Assembly (NCBI GenBank): GCA_038214755.1
Contig: JBBQRQ010000096.1
Span: 1-19,491 of the forward strand
Direction of reading: 5' to 3'
DNA: 19,491 nt
From: Verrucomicrobiota bacterium
GTDB lineage: Bacteria > Verrucomicrobiota > Verrucomicrobiia > Limisphaerales > CANJXF01
Shown here: piece by piece, positions 1 to 7,345 of the stretch
Position numbering within the stretch: position 1 is the first letter of the stretch
How the letters are laid out: the number at the start of each line of letters is the position of its first letter
Translations under genes and position numbers: made by a program
Notes under the pieces: generated by a model
Database searches by the model: none
What the model saw: only the letters and a program-made list of their open reading frames with translations
What the model was told of the DNA's origin: nothing

Positions 1-144
1 CTCGCGCACGTTAAAACTGGATCGCACGACACGTTGGTTGCGTTGACGGAAGTTTTGTTTGAATGAACCGGCGGTTGGGATTGAATTCATTTTGCCGAAC
101 GAGCGGAAAGTATTTTCCAAAGTCAGCATCATTAGATCATCAAG

Positions 145-654
145 TCGCTCGGCCTCGGCGACATTTACGTCACCACTACGGGCAACTGCGATGTCATCAC
201 GCTTGAGCATATGCAGAAAATGAAAGATCAAGCGATCGTCTGCAACATCGGCCACTTCGATAATGAGATTCAAGTCGAACGCCTGAATACTGCGAAAGGT
301 GTGCAGAAATTGAACATCAAACCGCAAGTGGATCGCTACGCGTTTCCGAATGGCCGTCAGATTTATCTGCTCGCCGAAGGCCGTCTCGTGAACCTCGGTT
401 GCGCCACGGGTCATCCGAGTTTCGTCATGTCGAATTCATTTTCGAACCAGGTTCTCGCGCAACTCGATCTTTGGAAAAACAAAAACACTTACAAAGTCGG
501 TGTCTATCGTTTGCCAAAGAAACTCGACGAAGAAGTCGCGCGGTTGCATCTGGAAAAAATCGGCGTGAAGCTGACGAGGCTCACGAAGAAACAGGCTGAT
601 TACCTCGGCATCTCGCCCGACGGTCCTTACAAAGCGGATCATTACCGCTACTAA
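145..654 (+). CDS. ahcY: Adenosylhomocysteinase (SAH hydrolase), C-terminal ~170 aa only; 5' part absent
   Basis: The frame reads [43 protein letters not shown]...[25 protein letters not shown]...[14 protein letters not shown]...[10 protein letters not shown], all hallmark AhcY motifs. Similarity extends upstream of the track ATG (211) to about 145, but there is an in-frame TAG at 133-135. Confidence 0.95.
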   Translation, partial: SLGLGDIYVTTTGNCDVITLEHMQKMKDQAIVCNIGHFDNEIQVERLNTAKGVQKLNIKPQVDRYAFPNGRQIYLLAEGRLVNLGCATGHPSFVMSNSFSNQVLAQLDLWKNKNTYKVGVYRLPKKLDEEVARLHLEKIGVKLTRLTKKQADYLGISPDGPYKADHYRY

Positions 655-658
655 AATT

Positions 659-734
659 TGTAGCGGCGCGTCCATGATCGCCGCAAATATTTCAGACCGA
701 AATTGTCAGCGGCGCTTACAGAAACGCCGCTACA
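659..734. repeat. GTAG-type REP doublet (REPIN)
   Basis: Terminal inverted repeats TGTAGCGGCG (659-668) and CGCCGCTACA (725-734). Each arm is its own GCGGCG..CGCCGC hairpin. It lies between convergent genes. Confidence 0.8.
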
Positions 735-737
735 TAG

Positions 738-770
738 AAAAAGGCGAAACGATTTCCGTGCGCCTTGTTT
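738..770 (-). terminator. Probable intrinsic terminator for the SpoIID-domain gene, possibly bidirectional
   Basis: AAGGCG (741-746) and CGCCTT (761-766) form an imperfect stem flanked by an A-run and a T-run, directly after the stop codon at 770-772. Confidence 0.45.
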
Positions 771-3700
771 TATTCTCCTATCAAACGATAGAACCGCTGT
801 GTCGTGCCAATGGGTTCGCTAAAACTTGCGGTAGCGCTGCTGGCAACAACGCCTTGCAAATCCGTCCACGCCGCTTCGGTAAGATCATTTTTGAATTGTA
901 CCCGATAGGTGTTTCCAGGAATTGCGTTCCAACTGAATTGAATGGAGCCATCGTTCACCGTGGCCGCGCTCAACTCCGGGCGGGCGACGACCGTGATGGT
1001 AAATAATTCTATGTCGGTCAATGGCGGCGAGCCATTGTCGGTCACTTGCACTGAGATGGAGTTCGTCGTGTTGACATCCGCATCGGTCGGCGTCCACGAA
1101 AAGATTCCGTTGCTTGCACCGATGGTCGCCCCAGGCGGAGCTAAAACCAAAGAGTAGGTCAGCGTGTTGGCCGGCAAATCCGAGTCACTAGTTACATTTG
1201 TGATCAGCACAGTGTTCCCGGCGTGAATGGTGCGATCAGCGTTAGCCGCCAGAAGAGGCGCGGAATTTATTTCTCCAACGGTCGCACCGAATGTTCGCGT
1301 CGCGCTCAATGGCGGAGAACTATCGTCAGTCGCGCGCACGGTGATGTTATAAGTGCCGGGGCCTTGTGCCTCGTTGGGTGTCCAAGTGAAAACTCCAGTG
1401 GACGGATTTACCACGGCGTTCGTCGGCGCGCCTGGGTCAAGGGTATAAGTAAGAATTCTCCGACGGAGCACAGCGAAGTTATCGAAAAACATTTTATACT
1501 CCCCCACGCCGGCGAGCGGGACGATGGCCAGATGTTCCAGCACGCCGAGACCAGATGCGGTGGAAAGAATTCCGTTGCCACTGGAAAAACTCACCACCGG
1601 TTCATTCGGTAAATCGAACGTGAGCGTTGTCCAAACATTCGCGGGCACGGTGCGAGCGGGCATCGGCGCGCTGCCATTTTTGTTGGTCACTCCCGCCCAC
1701 TCAATCGATGCGCCGGTGGTTCCTCCATCGGAGCCGATCGGTGTTCCAGCGGCAGTGATGGTCTCGCGAAGACCGAGTCCAACTTGAATGGCCTTGTCGC
1801 AGTAAATTCTGAATTGAAATTTTTTCGTGAAGTCGATGACCGGGTTCGGAATATTTGGCGCGCTCGCCGTGGTCAGTCGAAGCCATGGCGTAGTGGCATT
1901 AGTGAAATCGCAATGCACGAATAAAACCTTTGCTCCCAACGCGGCTCCCGTTGGAAAAAGTGTCGTGACCGATGAATAATCTGGCGCGGCGTCGATGTTG
2001 GCGGAAGTCGTGCCGGAGTTTTTTGGATTCCGCAACAGGACGGAGCCGCTGGAGGTTTCGGTATCGAATCCTTCAAAATCCGCCAGCATCTGAACAACGT
2101 CCGTCGCGGTCGCGGTGTTGGTGAACGTGAGCAAAGTTTCTTCGGAAACAAATTTGTTGGCAATGGCCGGCAGCACGGGCAACACGCCGGGAGTCGCTCC
2201 ATTCGCCATGTTGGAATAGGCTGAATTTCCAATGACGTTAAAAGCGCGGACTCGATAATAGAACGTGTTTCCGGCAGTCACATTCGTGTCAGAAAAAGAA
2301 GTCAGGTTCGCCGCCACTTCCGCAATCTGCAGCCAGGGGCCTGCGGCGGCGGGAGCGCGTTCGATCCGAAAGCCATTTTCAAAATCCGTGGTGTCCGTCC
2401 AATTCAGATTAATTTGAGTCGCAGAAATAACAGTGACGCCCAAGCCACTGGGCGCGGCGGGCGTGGGAACAATTCGCTCCAAATAATTCTCGACTGACCA
2501 GCCGACAACACTGTCGCTCCATTGAATTTGCCACCAGGTGTAGCCGCTTCCATCGCTTGAGACTTGAATCGGCCCGCCGATAATCAAGCCGGTTGCTCCC
2601 GCGGATTTGGACGCAATCGAAGAACAATTCACGCCGCTTTCGATTCCGCCTCCCGGACACTCCCGAACATTTGTGGTCGAGACGGCTTTCACATCATCGC
2701 CAATCACGAATGGTCTCGCCTGAACGAGAGTGAGCGTCGGATAATAATGGTTCACCATCCAGATCCAGTCCTGCTTCGGAAATCCGTTCGTCGTGCTATC
2801 GCCGGAATTTCGTCCGGTCATTTTGTAGCCGGTCGCCCATCGCGCCGTGCCCCATTGGCACATGCCGCGCCCGTGGCCGAAACGCACTTCGCCGCCGCAC
2901 GCCGGGTCATAAACACACGCGCCGGTCGGAGCGGTGTAACCATCCCCGCAGGCGAAACCATCGGAATTATTTTCCGCGGAATATTCACTGCGCGCGATGC
3001 TGTTGGCGCTGTCGAGCACGACGTAACCGGCTGTCTGGCTCGCCGCGTTGTCAGTCGTTGTGGCTGTATCAGAATCGTAAACCTGGCAACTGGTCGTCGC
3101 GCAAATATCGTAAGTCGAGCCGCGTGGACTTCTCACGTAGGAGGCCGCGTAAGAACGAATCGCCACCGCCCCGGCTTTCAGAGAATTGATTCCGCTGCCG
3201 CCCGCCAAATTTCCCCACGAAGAAATCCATTCATCATTCAACGAGCGGCGCACGTAAGTTTCCATCGAAACATATTCGATCGTCACATTGTCCGAGAGCA
3301 GAACACGAATGTTGGTCGGCAAACGAACGGTTGAATTGGTCGGGCTAAGGGAACGGGCGGCATCTCGTGATGAAAAAGTTGTTTGGTTTTTTGGCTGCGG
3401 GGTGAACGCTTCCGTAGTCGGAGAAATTTGTCTTCCTTTCTCATCGATGATTTCGCTGCCCGCTCCTTCCTTCATGGAAACCAACAACGTCAGATCTCCA
3501 AAGGGCGAAAGCTCGATATTTTGTCGCTCCTGGCTTTTATATCCGTCCCTGCTGAAAACCAATGTCGCGGGCGTGACAGCGCGTTCCGCCTCGCTTTGCA
3601 ATGGAATGGAAATTTGAAAAAAACCGCGCGCATCAGTCGTGGTCTCAACTCCGCTCGGAAGCGAAGCGACCCGAACGTGGGAAAGCGGTTGCCCGGAGTT

Positions 3701-4111
3701 TGCCCCGGAAACGAATCCAACAAAAATCATCGCGTCCGGTCGGTGCGCGTCGGTGATTTTTTGCGGCTGAATTTCCGCAGGCGGTGCGATCGGGTCCAAA
3801 ACAAATTGAAGATTCGCATTGGAAGCGTCTATCGAAATTGCGGCGCTCATCGGGAAATAATTCGTGGAAGAAATCGAAAGGGCGTAGTCGCCAGGTTCGA
3901 GATTCAGCGTGGCGCGTCCGGCGAGATCAGCCAAAAAATCCCGCGCCAGTTCACCCGCTGGCTGAACCGCAATGTTCGCGGCCACGCCAAAACCAGTGGC
4001 ACTGTCGAGAAAACGAATTTGGGCCACCTGTAAATTGGTTTGTTGTCCGAGCAGCGAAAACGGAATCGTGAGAATCAATGATGCAAAAATCGAGAAAGTG
4101 AGACGGCGCAT
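770..4111 (-). CDS. Secreted SpoIID/LytB-domain protein (peptidoglycan lytic transglycosylase-like) with carboxypeptidase-regulatory-like, SH3-like, FN3 and Ig/cadherin-like domains and an RFYRL C-terminal domain (~1113 aa)
   Basis: The signal peptide MRRLTFSIFASLILTIPFSLLG sets the start at 4111; the track extension to 4393 runs through a REPIN. SpoIID motifs: METYVRRSLNDEW, LKAGAVAIRSYA, YDICATTSCQVY, GHGRGMCQWG, HYYP. SH3-like: GYTWWQIQW..GWSVENYL. FN3: INLNWTD..ENGFRIER..YYRVRAFN. Ig repeats: GVFTWTP and GIFSWTP. Confidence 0.85.
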   Translation of the reverse strand: MRRLTFSIFASLILTIPFSLLGQQTNLQVAQIRFLDSATGFGVAANIAVQPAGELARDFLADLAGRATLNLEPGDYALSISSTNYFPMSAAISIDASNANLQFVLDPIAPPAEIQPQKITDAHRPDAMIFVGFVSGANSGQPLSHVRVASLPSGVETTTDARGFFQISIPLQSEAERAVTPATLVFSRDGYKSQERQNIELSPFGDLTLLVSMKEGAGSEIIDEKGRQISPTTEAFTPQPKNQTTFSSRDAARSLSPTNSTVRLPTNIRVLLSDNVTIEYVSMETYVRRSLNDEWISSWGNLAGGSGINSLKAGAVAIRSYAASYVRSPRGSTYDICATTSCQVYDSDTATTTDNAASQTAGYVVLDSANSIARSEYSAENNSDGFACGDGYTAPTGACVYDPACGGEVRFGHGRGMCQWGTARWATGYKMTGRNSGDSTTNGFPKQDWIWMVNHYYPTLTLVQARPFVIGDDVKAVSTTNVRECPGGGIESGVNCSSIASKSAGATGLIIGGPIQVSSDGSGYTWWQIQWSDSVVGWSVENYLERIVPTPAAPSGLGVTVISATQINLNWTDTTDFENGFRIERAPAAAGPWLQIAEVAANLTSFSDTNVTAGNTFYYRVRAFNVIGNSAYSNMANGATPGVLPVLPAIANKFVSEETLLTFTNTATATDVVQMLADFEGFDTETSSGSVLLRNPKNSGTTSANIDAAPDYSSVTTLFPTGAALGAKVLFVHCDFTNATTPWLRLTTASAPNIPNPVIDFTKKFQFRIYCDKAIQVGLGLRETITAAGTPIGSDGGTTGASIEWAGVTNKNGSAPMPARTVPANVWTTLTFDLPNEPVVSFSSGNGILSTASGLGVLEHLAIVPLAGVGEYKMFFDNFAVLRRRILTYTLDPGAPTNAVVNPSTGVFTWTPNEAQGPGTYNITVRATDDSSPPLSATRTFGATVGEINSAPLLAANADRTIHAGNTVLITNVTSDSDLPANTLTYSLVLAPPGATIGASNGIFSWTPTDADVNTTNSISVQVTDNGSPPLTDIELFTITVVARPELSAATVNDGSIQFSWNAIPGNTYRVQFKNDLTEAAWTDLQGVVASSATASFSEPIGTTQRFYRLIGE

Positions 4112-4195
4112 ATTTGAATACAATGCTAAAAAAATGCGCAACAAATCCAGTTGTAATTTAAATTGAACTCCAAAGTAGCGGTCGCGGTTGCAGTG

Positions 4196-4348
4196 GGTAG
4201 AACAGGCCACTGGCCTGTGCCGAGCGGCGACTCGCCGCTCGGAACGGGAAAGGACGCAACTTTTCCATGCGCCTTTTTCCACCGCCGACGTCCTTTCCAT
4301 TCCGTCCGGCCGGTGGCCGGACGGCATAGGCGAGTGGCCTGTGCCACC
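4196..4348. repeat. Complex REPIN of a second family, with a branched palindrome
   Basis: 27-nt terminal inverted repeats GGTAGAACAGGCCACTGGCCTGTGCCG and CGGCATAGGCGAGTGGCCTGTGCCACC (23/27 complementary). Internal hairpins lie at 4220-4242 and 4302-4324, with an inner pair GGAAAGGACG/CGTCCTTTCC. Confidence 0.8.
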
Positions 4349-4398
4349 ATTTCCACGTCGGATTTCGCGAATTAAAATTCTAAACCGTCGCAAATTTT

Positions 4399-4426
4399 CA
4401 GCGGCGCTCGCAGAGTCGCCGCTACA
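4399..4426. repeat. Single REP of the same family as 659-734
   Basis: CAGCGGCGCTCGCAGAGTCGCCGCTACA closely matches CAGCGGCGCTTACAGAAACGCCGCTACA at 707-734. Confidence 0.75.
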
Positions 4427-4429
4427 GCC

Positions 4430-4457
4430 AAAAGGCGAACGGAAACCTCCGTTCGCC
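4430..4457 (-). terminator. Intrinsic terminator of the 4481-5149 gene
   Basis: Perfect 10-bp stem GGCGAACGGA-aacc-TCCGTTCGCC followed by TTTT on the minus strand, 23 nt after the stop. Confidence 0.7.
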
Positions 4458-4480
4458 CTTCACTTCCGACGAGAGGAAAA

Positions 4481-5149
4481 TCAGTGATGAAATCCGCCAC
4501 GAAAACCTGCGTGAAATCCAGCGCCAGAAAAACCAGCGCTGTGAAGTCCACCGTGAAAATTTCCGCGATAGCCGCTCCGAAATCCAAATGAAAATGAAAC
4601 CGGCGGACAGGAATATCCATAACCCCCGTAGCTCGGATAATAATAGCCGAACCCGTAGCGGGGATAAATTCCGTAATCCACCAACCTTGGCGACGAATCA
4701 TGCATCACAATTATGCTGGGCGTCGGCGGGGTATAAACTTGCGGAGCGCTGGCGATGATCGTGGTTGGCAGTGGCGCAGTCGGAGTCGCGTATGGCGGAG
4801 TCGTGAATGGCGCCGCGCCTTCGCTCAGTCTTCTGCGTTGCTCCAACATGCTGGTTACAACGCGATCAGAAACTCCCTGCTCGTGTAAATAAACAATTTC
4901 AGATGCGCTTAAACCGCCGAAGCTCGTCCCGGAATTTTGAATGTAAGAAACAATCGTGTCATCGCCGATCTTCGCTCCCGACAGTTTCAGGACATCGGCG
5001 ACTCCATACGTTAATGGTGAAGCCGCCTGAGCCGTTGGTCGAGTTGTCTCAGACGGAGAATTTTCCGCCGGGCCGCACCATGCGGAAACCGTAATCATCA
5101 TCACACTGACAATTGCCGCCAATGGTTTCAAAAAAATTTGAGGTTTCAT
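4481..5149 (-). CDS. Secreted hypothetical protein (222 aa): small helical domain plus Pro/Thr-rich linker and Gly/Tyr/Phe/His-rich low-complexity tail
   Basis: ATG at 5149 gives the signal peptide MKPQIFLKPLAAIVSVMMITVSAW. The core is DVLKLSGAKIGDDTIVSYIQNS...LSASEIVYLHEQGVSDRVVTSML and the tail is YGFGYYYPSYGGYGY...GFHAGFRGGFHH. The track extension to 5653 is antisense to yhiN. Confidence 0.75.
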   Translation of the reverse strand: MKPQIFLKPLAAIVSVMMITVSAWCGPAENSPSETTRPTAQAASPLTYGVADVLKLSGAKIGDDTIVSYIQNSGTSFGGLSASEIVYLHEQGVSDRVVTSMLEQRRRLSEGAAPFTTPPYATPTAPLPTTIIASAPQVYTPPTPSIIVMHDSSPRLVDYGIYPRYGFGYYYPSYGGYGYSCPPVSFSFGFRSGYRGNFHGGLHSAGFSGAGFHAGFRGGFHH

Positions 5150-5210
5150 AACGTTCGCTTTCGGCAAAAACTTCGCGCCAAGCTGCGCCGGCGTCAATGC
5201 CTGTTTCCAC

Positions 5211-5291
5211 AAGTAGCGCAGCGCTTCTCGGCTGCGCAGGGAAAAGGAAACAAAACCGTGGCCGACGCAGGAGGGACGCACTGCGCTACTT
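5211..5291. repeat. GTAG-type REP doublet in a divergent intergenic region
   Basis: 11-bp terminal inverted repeats AAGTAGCGCAG and CTGCGCTACTT. Confidence 0.7.
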
Positions 5292-5353
5292 TGGAGCGGC
5301 TCGTACCTGTGCGCTCGACATCCTTTTTTAACTCCGCGAATTTTGGTTCGCGA

Positions 5354-6523
5354 ATGAATTACGATGTGATGGTCATCGGCGGCGGCGCAGCGGGCTTGAT
5401 GTGCGCCATCGAAGCGGGCAGGCGCGGAAGGCGGGTTGTCGTGCTCGAACATGCCGAGCGTCTTGGAAAAAAAATTCTCATTTCCGGCGGGGGTCGCTGT
5501 AATTTTACGAACGTCGGAACGAGCGCGGTAAATTTTTTGACGAGCGGCAGTCCGCATTTTTGCAAGTCGGCTCTGGCCCGATTCACCCCGGCCGATTTTA
5601 TCTCGCTCGTTGAGAAACATCGGATCGCTTATCACGAAAAAAAACTTGGCCAACTTTTTTGTGACGGCAGTTCACGGCAAATTGTCGAAATGCTCGAATC
5701 TCAATGCGCGATGGCAAAGGTTGAGATTCGTTTGAACTGCCGCGTGACTGACGTGCGAAAAAATCTTCAGTTTGAAGCAGAGACAAATCTTGGCGGGATC
5801 ACCGCGGAGTCACTGGTGATCGCGAGCGGCGGGCTTTCTTTTCCGAAATTGGGCGCAACCGATTTTGGTTTTCGCCTCGCGGAAAAATTCGGATTGAAAA
5901 TTGTTCTGCCTCGTCCCGGTTTGGTTCCTTTGACTTTTGCCGAGGAGGAGCGCCTGAGGTATTCGACGCTGAGCGGAATTTCCGTCGATGTTTTGGCGTC
6001 TGCGCCGGAGGCGAGTTTTCGAGAAAATATTTTATTCACCCACGGTGGCGTGAGCGGGCCGGCGATCCTCCAGATTTCCAACTACTGGGCACAAGGGGAG
6101 CCCATCAAAATAAATTTACTGCCGGGAATATCCGCTGCGGAATTATTGGTCCGGCATCGCCATGAAAAAAAAGAGTTGAGCACCGTGTTGAGCCAATGGT
6201 TGCCCCAGAGATTTGCCCAGACATGGTGTCAGCAAAATGCTCCCTCCCGACCGATGAACCGTTACACGCCGCACGAGATGGAATCCATCGCGGCGCGTTT
6301 GGGTTCCTGGGAAATCCGGCCCGCTGACACTGAAGGCTACGCGAAAGCGGAAGTCACCTTGGGCGGGATTGATACCAATGAACTTTCTTCCCGGACGATG
6401 GAAGCGCGGAAGGTGCGCGGACTTTTTTTCGTGGGAGAAGTGGTGGATGTCACTGGTTGGCTCGGCGGTTACAATTTTCAATGGGCCTGGGCTTCCGGCT
6501 TCGCGGCGGGACAAGCAGTTTGA
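5354..6523 (+). CDS. yhiN: HI0933/YhiN-family NAD(P)/FAD-dependent flavoprotein (E. coli YhiN/RdsA is a 23S rRNA dihydrouridine synthase)
   Basis: The start MNYDVMVIGGGAAG at 5354 begins a Rossmann motif. Family motifs follow: GKKILISGGGRCNFTN, HFCKSALARFT, HEKKLGQLFCD, ASGGLSFPKLGATDFG, LFTHGGVSGPAIL, AEVTLGG, GEVVDVTGWLGGYNFQWAWASG. Confidence 0.9.
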   Translation: MNYDVMVIGGGAAGLMCAIEAGRRGRRVVVLEHAERLGKKILISGGGRCNFTNVGTSAVNFLTSGSPHFCKSALARFTPADFISLVEKHRIAYHEKKLGQLFCDGSSRQIVEMLESQCAMAKVEIRLNCRVTDVRKNLQFEAETNLGGITAESLVIASGGLSFPKLGATDFGFRLAEKFGLKIVLPRPGLVPLTFAEEERLRYSTLSGISVDVLASAPEASFRENILFTHGGVSGPAILQISNYWAQGEPIKINLLPGISAAELLVRHRHEKKELSTVLSQWLPQRFAQTWCQQNAPSRPMNRYTPHEMESIAARLGSWEIRPADTEGYAKAEVTLGGIDTNELSSRTMEARKVRGLFFVGEVVDVTGWLGGYNFQWAWASGFAAGQAV

Positions 6524-6524
6524 T

Positions 6525-6640
6525 CGTAGCGCAGGTTTTTAACCTGCCGTATCGCGGGTTTGCAACCCGCAGCGCGTCGTTTATTCCGAGGCCTGCCGGT
6601 TGCAAACCGGCGATACGGCAGCTTGCAAAGCTGCGCTACG
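6525..6640. repeat. Cloverleaf-like REPIN of the GTAGCGCAG family
   Basis: Termini CGTAGCGCAG/CTGCGCTACG, an inner pair CTGCCGTATCGC/GCGATACGGCAG, and four 7-bp hairpins with 3-nt loops. It starts immediately after the yhiN stop, between convergent genes. Confidence 0.85.
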
Positions 6641-6676
6641 GCTAAAGGCAAAATCCGGCGTGTGAAGCAAAATTTG

Positions 6677-7162
6677 CTACCATGATTTCGTCCCGGTTTT
6701 TCCAATGCGATCGGCGCGACCCGAATTCATCGCTCCGCGAAACTCACTTTTTCCCCGAGCCTGTTCGCGAGTGGACGGCCGCTCTTTGGACAGTCGCGGT
6801 GGAACTTTCCGGCCATCGGCGGTCGTCTTGCCATGACTCTGTTTGCGGCGAGGAGCAGCACCTGTCTTTTGTTCGACCTCAAGACGCCGCCCGGAGGAAT
6901 CCACCTTGTTGTTTTGGTTTTTGTCTCGCGCAGAATTTTCCGGATTGCGCTGGCCGCGATTGCCGGGACGATTTCCGGTTTTGGCAGGTTTGACGGCCGA
7001 TTCATCACAGGTGCAACCCGTCCCTTCGGCGCAACCTCGGCAACAAAAAGTTTCATTGTTTAGAACGAACCCCTTGGTTTTTTTTGCATCCAAATTCATG
7101 CCGCAGCCGGGGCAGGTCAGATTGATTCTAAGTTTTCGATTCTGTTGATTTTTTGGGATCAT
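6677..7162 (-). CDS. Metallothionein/TRASH-like Cys-rich protein with a long basic disordered C-terminal tail (161 aa)
   Basis: CPGCGM-x17-FCCRGC-x5-CTC (7 Cys within residues 17-52), then ~110 aa rich in K/R/G/N/S. The region upstream of the ATG is AT-rich and promoter-like. Confidence 0.65.
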   Translation of the reverse strand: MIPKNQQNRKLRINLTCPGCGMNLDAKKTKGFVLNNETFCCRGCAEGTGCTCDESAVKPAKTGNRPGNRGQRNPENSARDKNQNNKVDSSGRRLEVEQKTGAAPRRKQSHGKTTADGRKVPPRLSKERPSTREQARGKSEFRGAMNSGRADRIGKTGTKSW

Positions 7163-7345
7163 AAGATTGATGAATTAAAATTTTCTGTCGGTAATTCTGC
7201 GGCTAATTTCTTTGGATTTAAATCGGACGTGAATTTTTCAGAATAGGAAAAAAACTTAAAAATAGGTGGGGGTTTTCGAACTGGTCTAATGTTGTAGAGA
7301 TTTTTCTACCGCGTAAAGTGGCGCGGGCGAACTCGAAATAATTCT

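Noticed and set aside
1466..2098. The inserted domain as an intein
   Set aside because: It has no N-terminal Cys/Ser, no C-terminal His-Asn, and no Hint or LAGLIDADG motifs.
2564..4033. Long antisense ORFs (2564-3334 and 3383-4033; likewise 8267-8923, 10395-10940 and 17007-17576)
   Set aside because: They are shadows of well-supported genes on the opposite strand and have no recognisable motifs.
4112..4393. N-terminal extension of the 1207-aa track ORF and several short ORFs at 4126-4487
   Set aside because: These are translations through REPIN palindromes; the signal peptide begins at 4111.
5072..5149. Lipoprotein signal in the 4481-5149 protein (VSAWC)
   Set aside because: Trp at the -1 position does not fit the lipobox [LVI][ASTVI][GAS]C.
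5138..5653. Apparent overlap of the 390-aa minus-strand ORF and the 461-aa plus-strand ORF
   Set aside because: It is an artefact of longest-ORF start choice. The likely starts at 5149 (minus) and 5354 (plus) give a normal divergent pair.
659..6640. Palindromic repeats as a CRISPR array or integron attC sites
   Set aside because: They are dispersed, with no regular repeat-spacer period and no cas or intI gene. The ends are GTAG/CTAC, not RYYYAAC/GTTRRRY.
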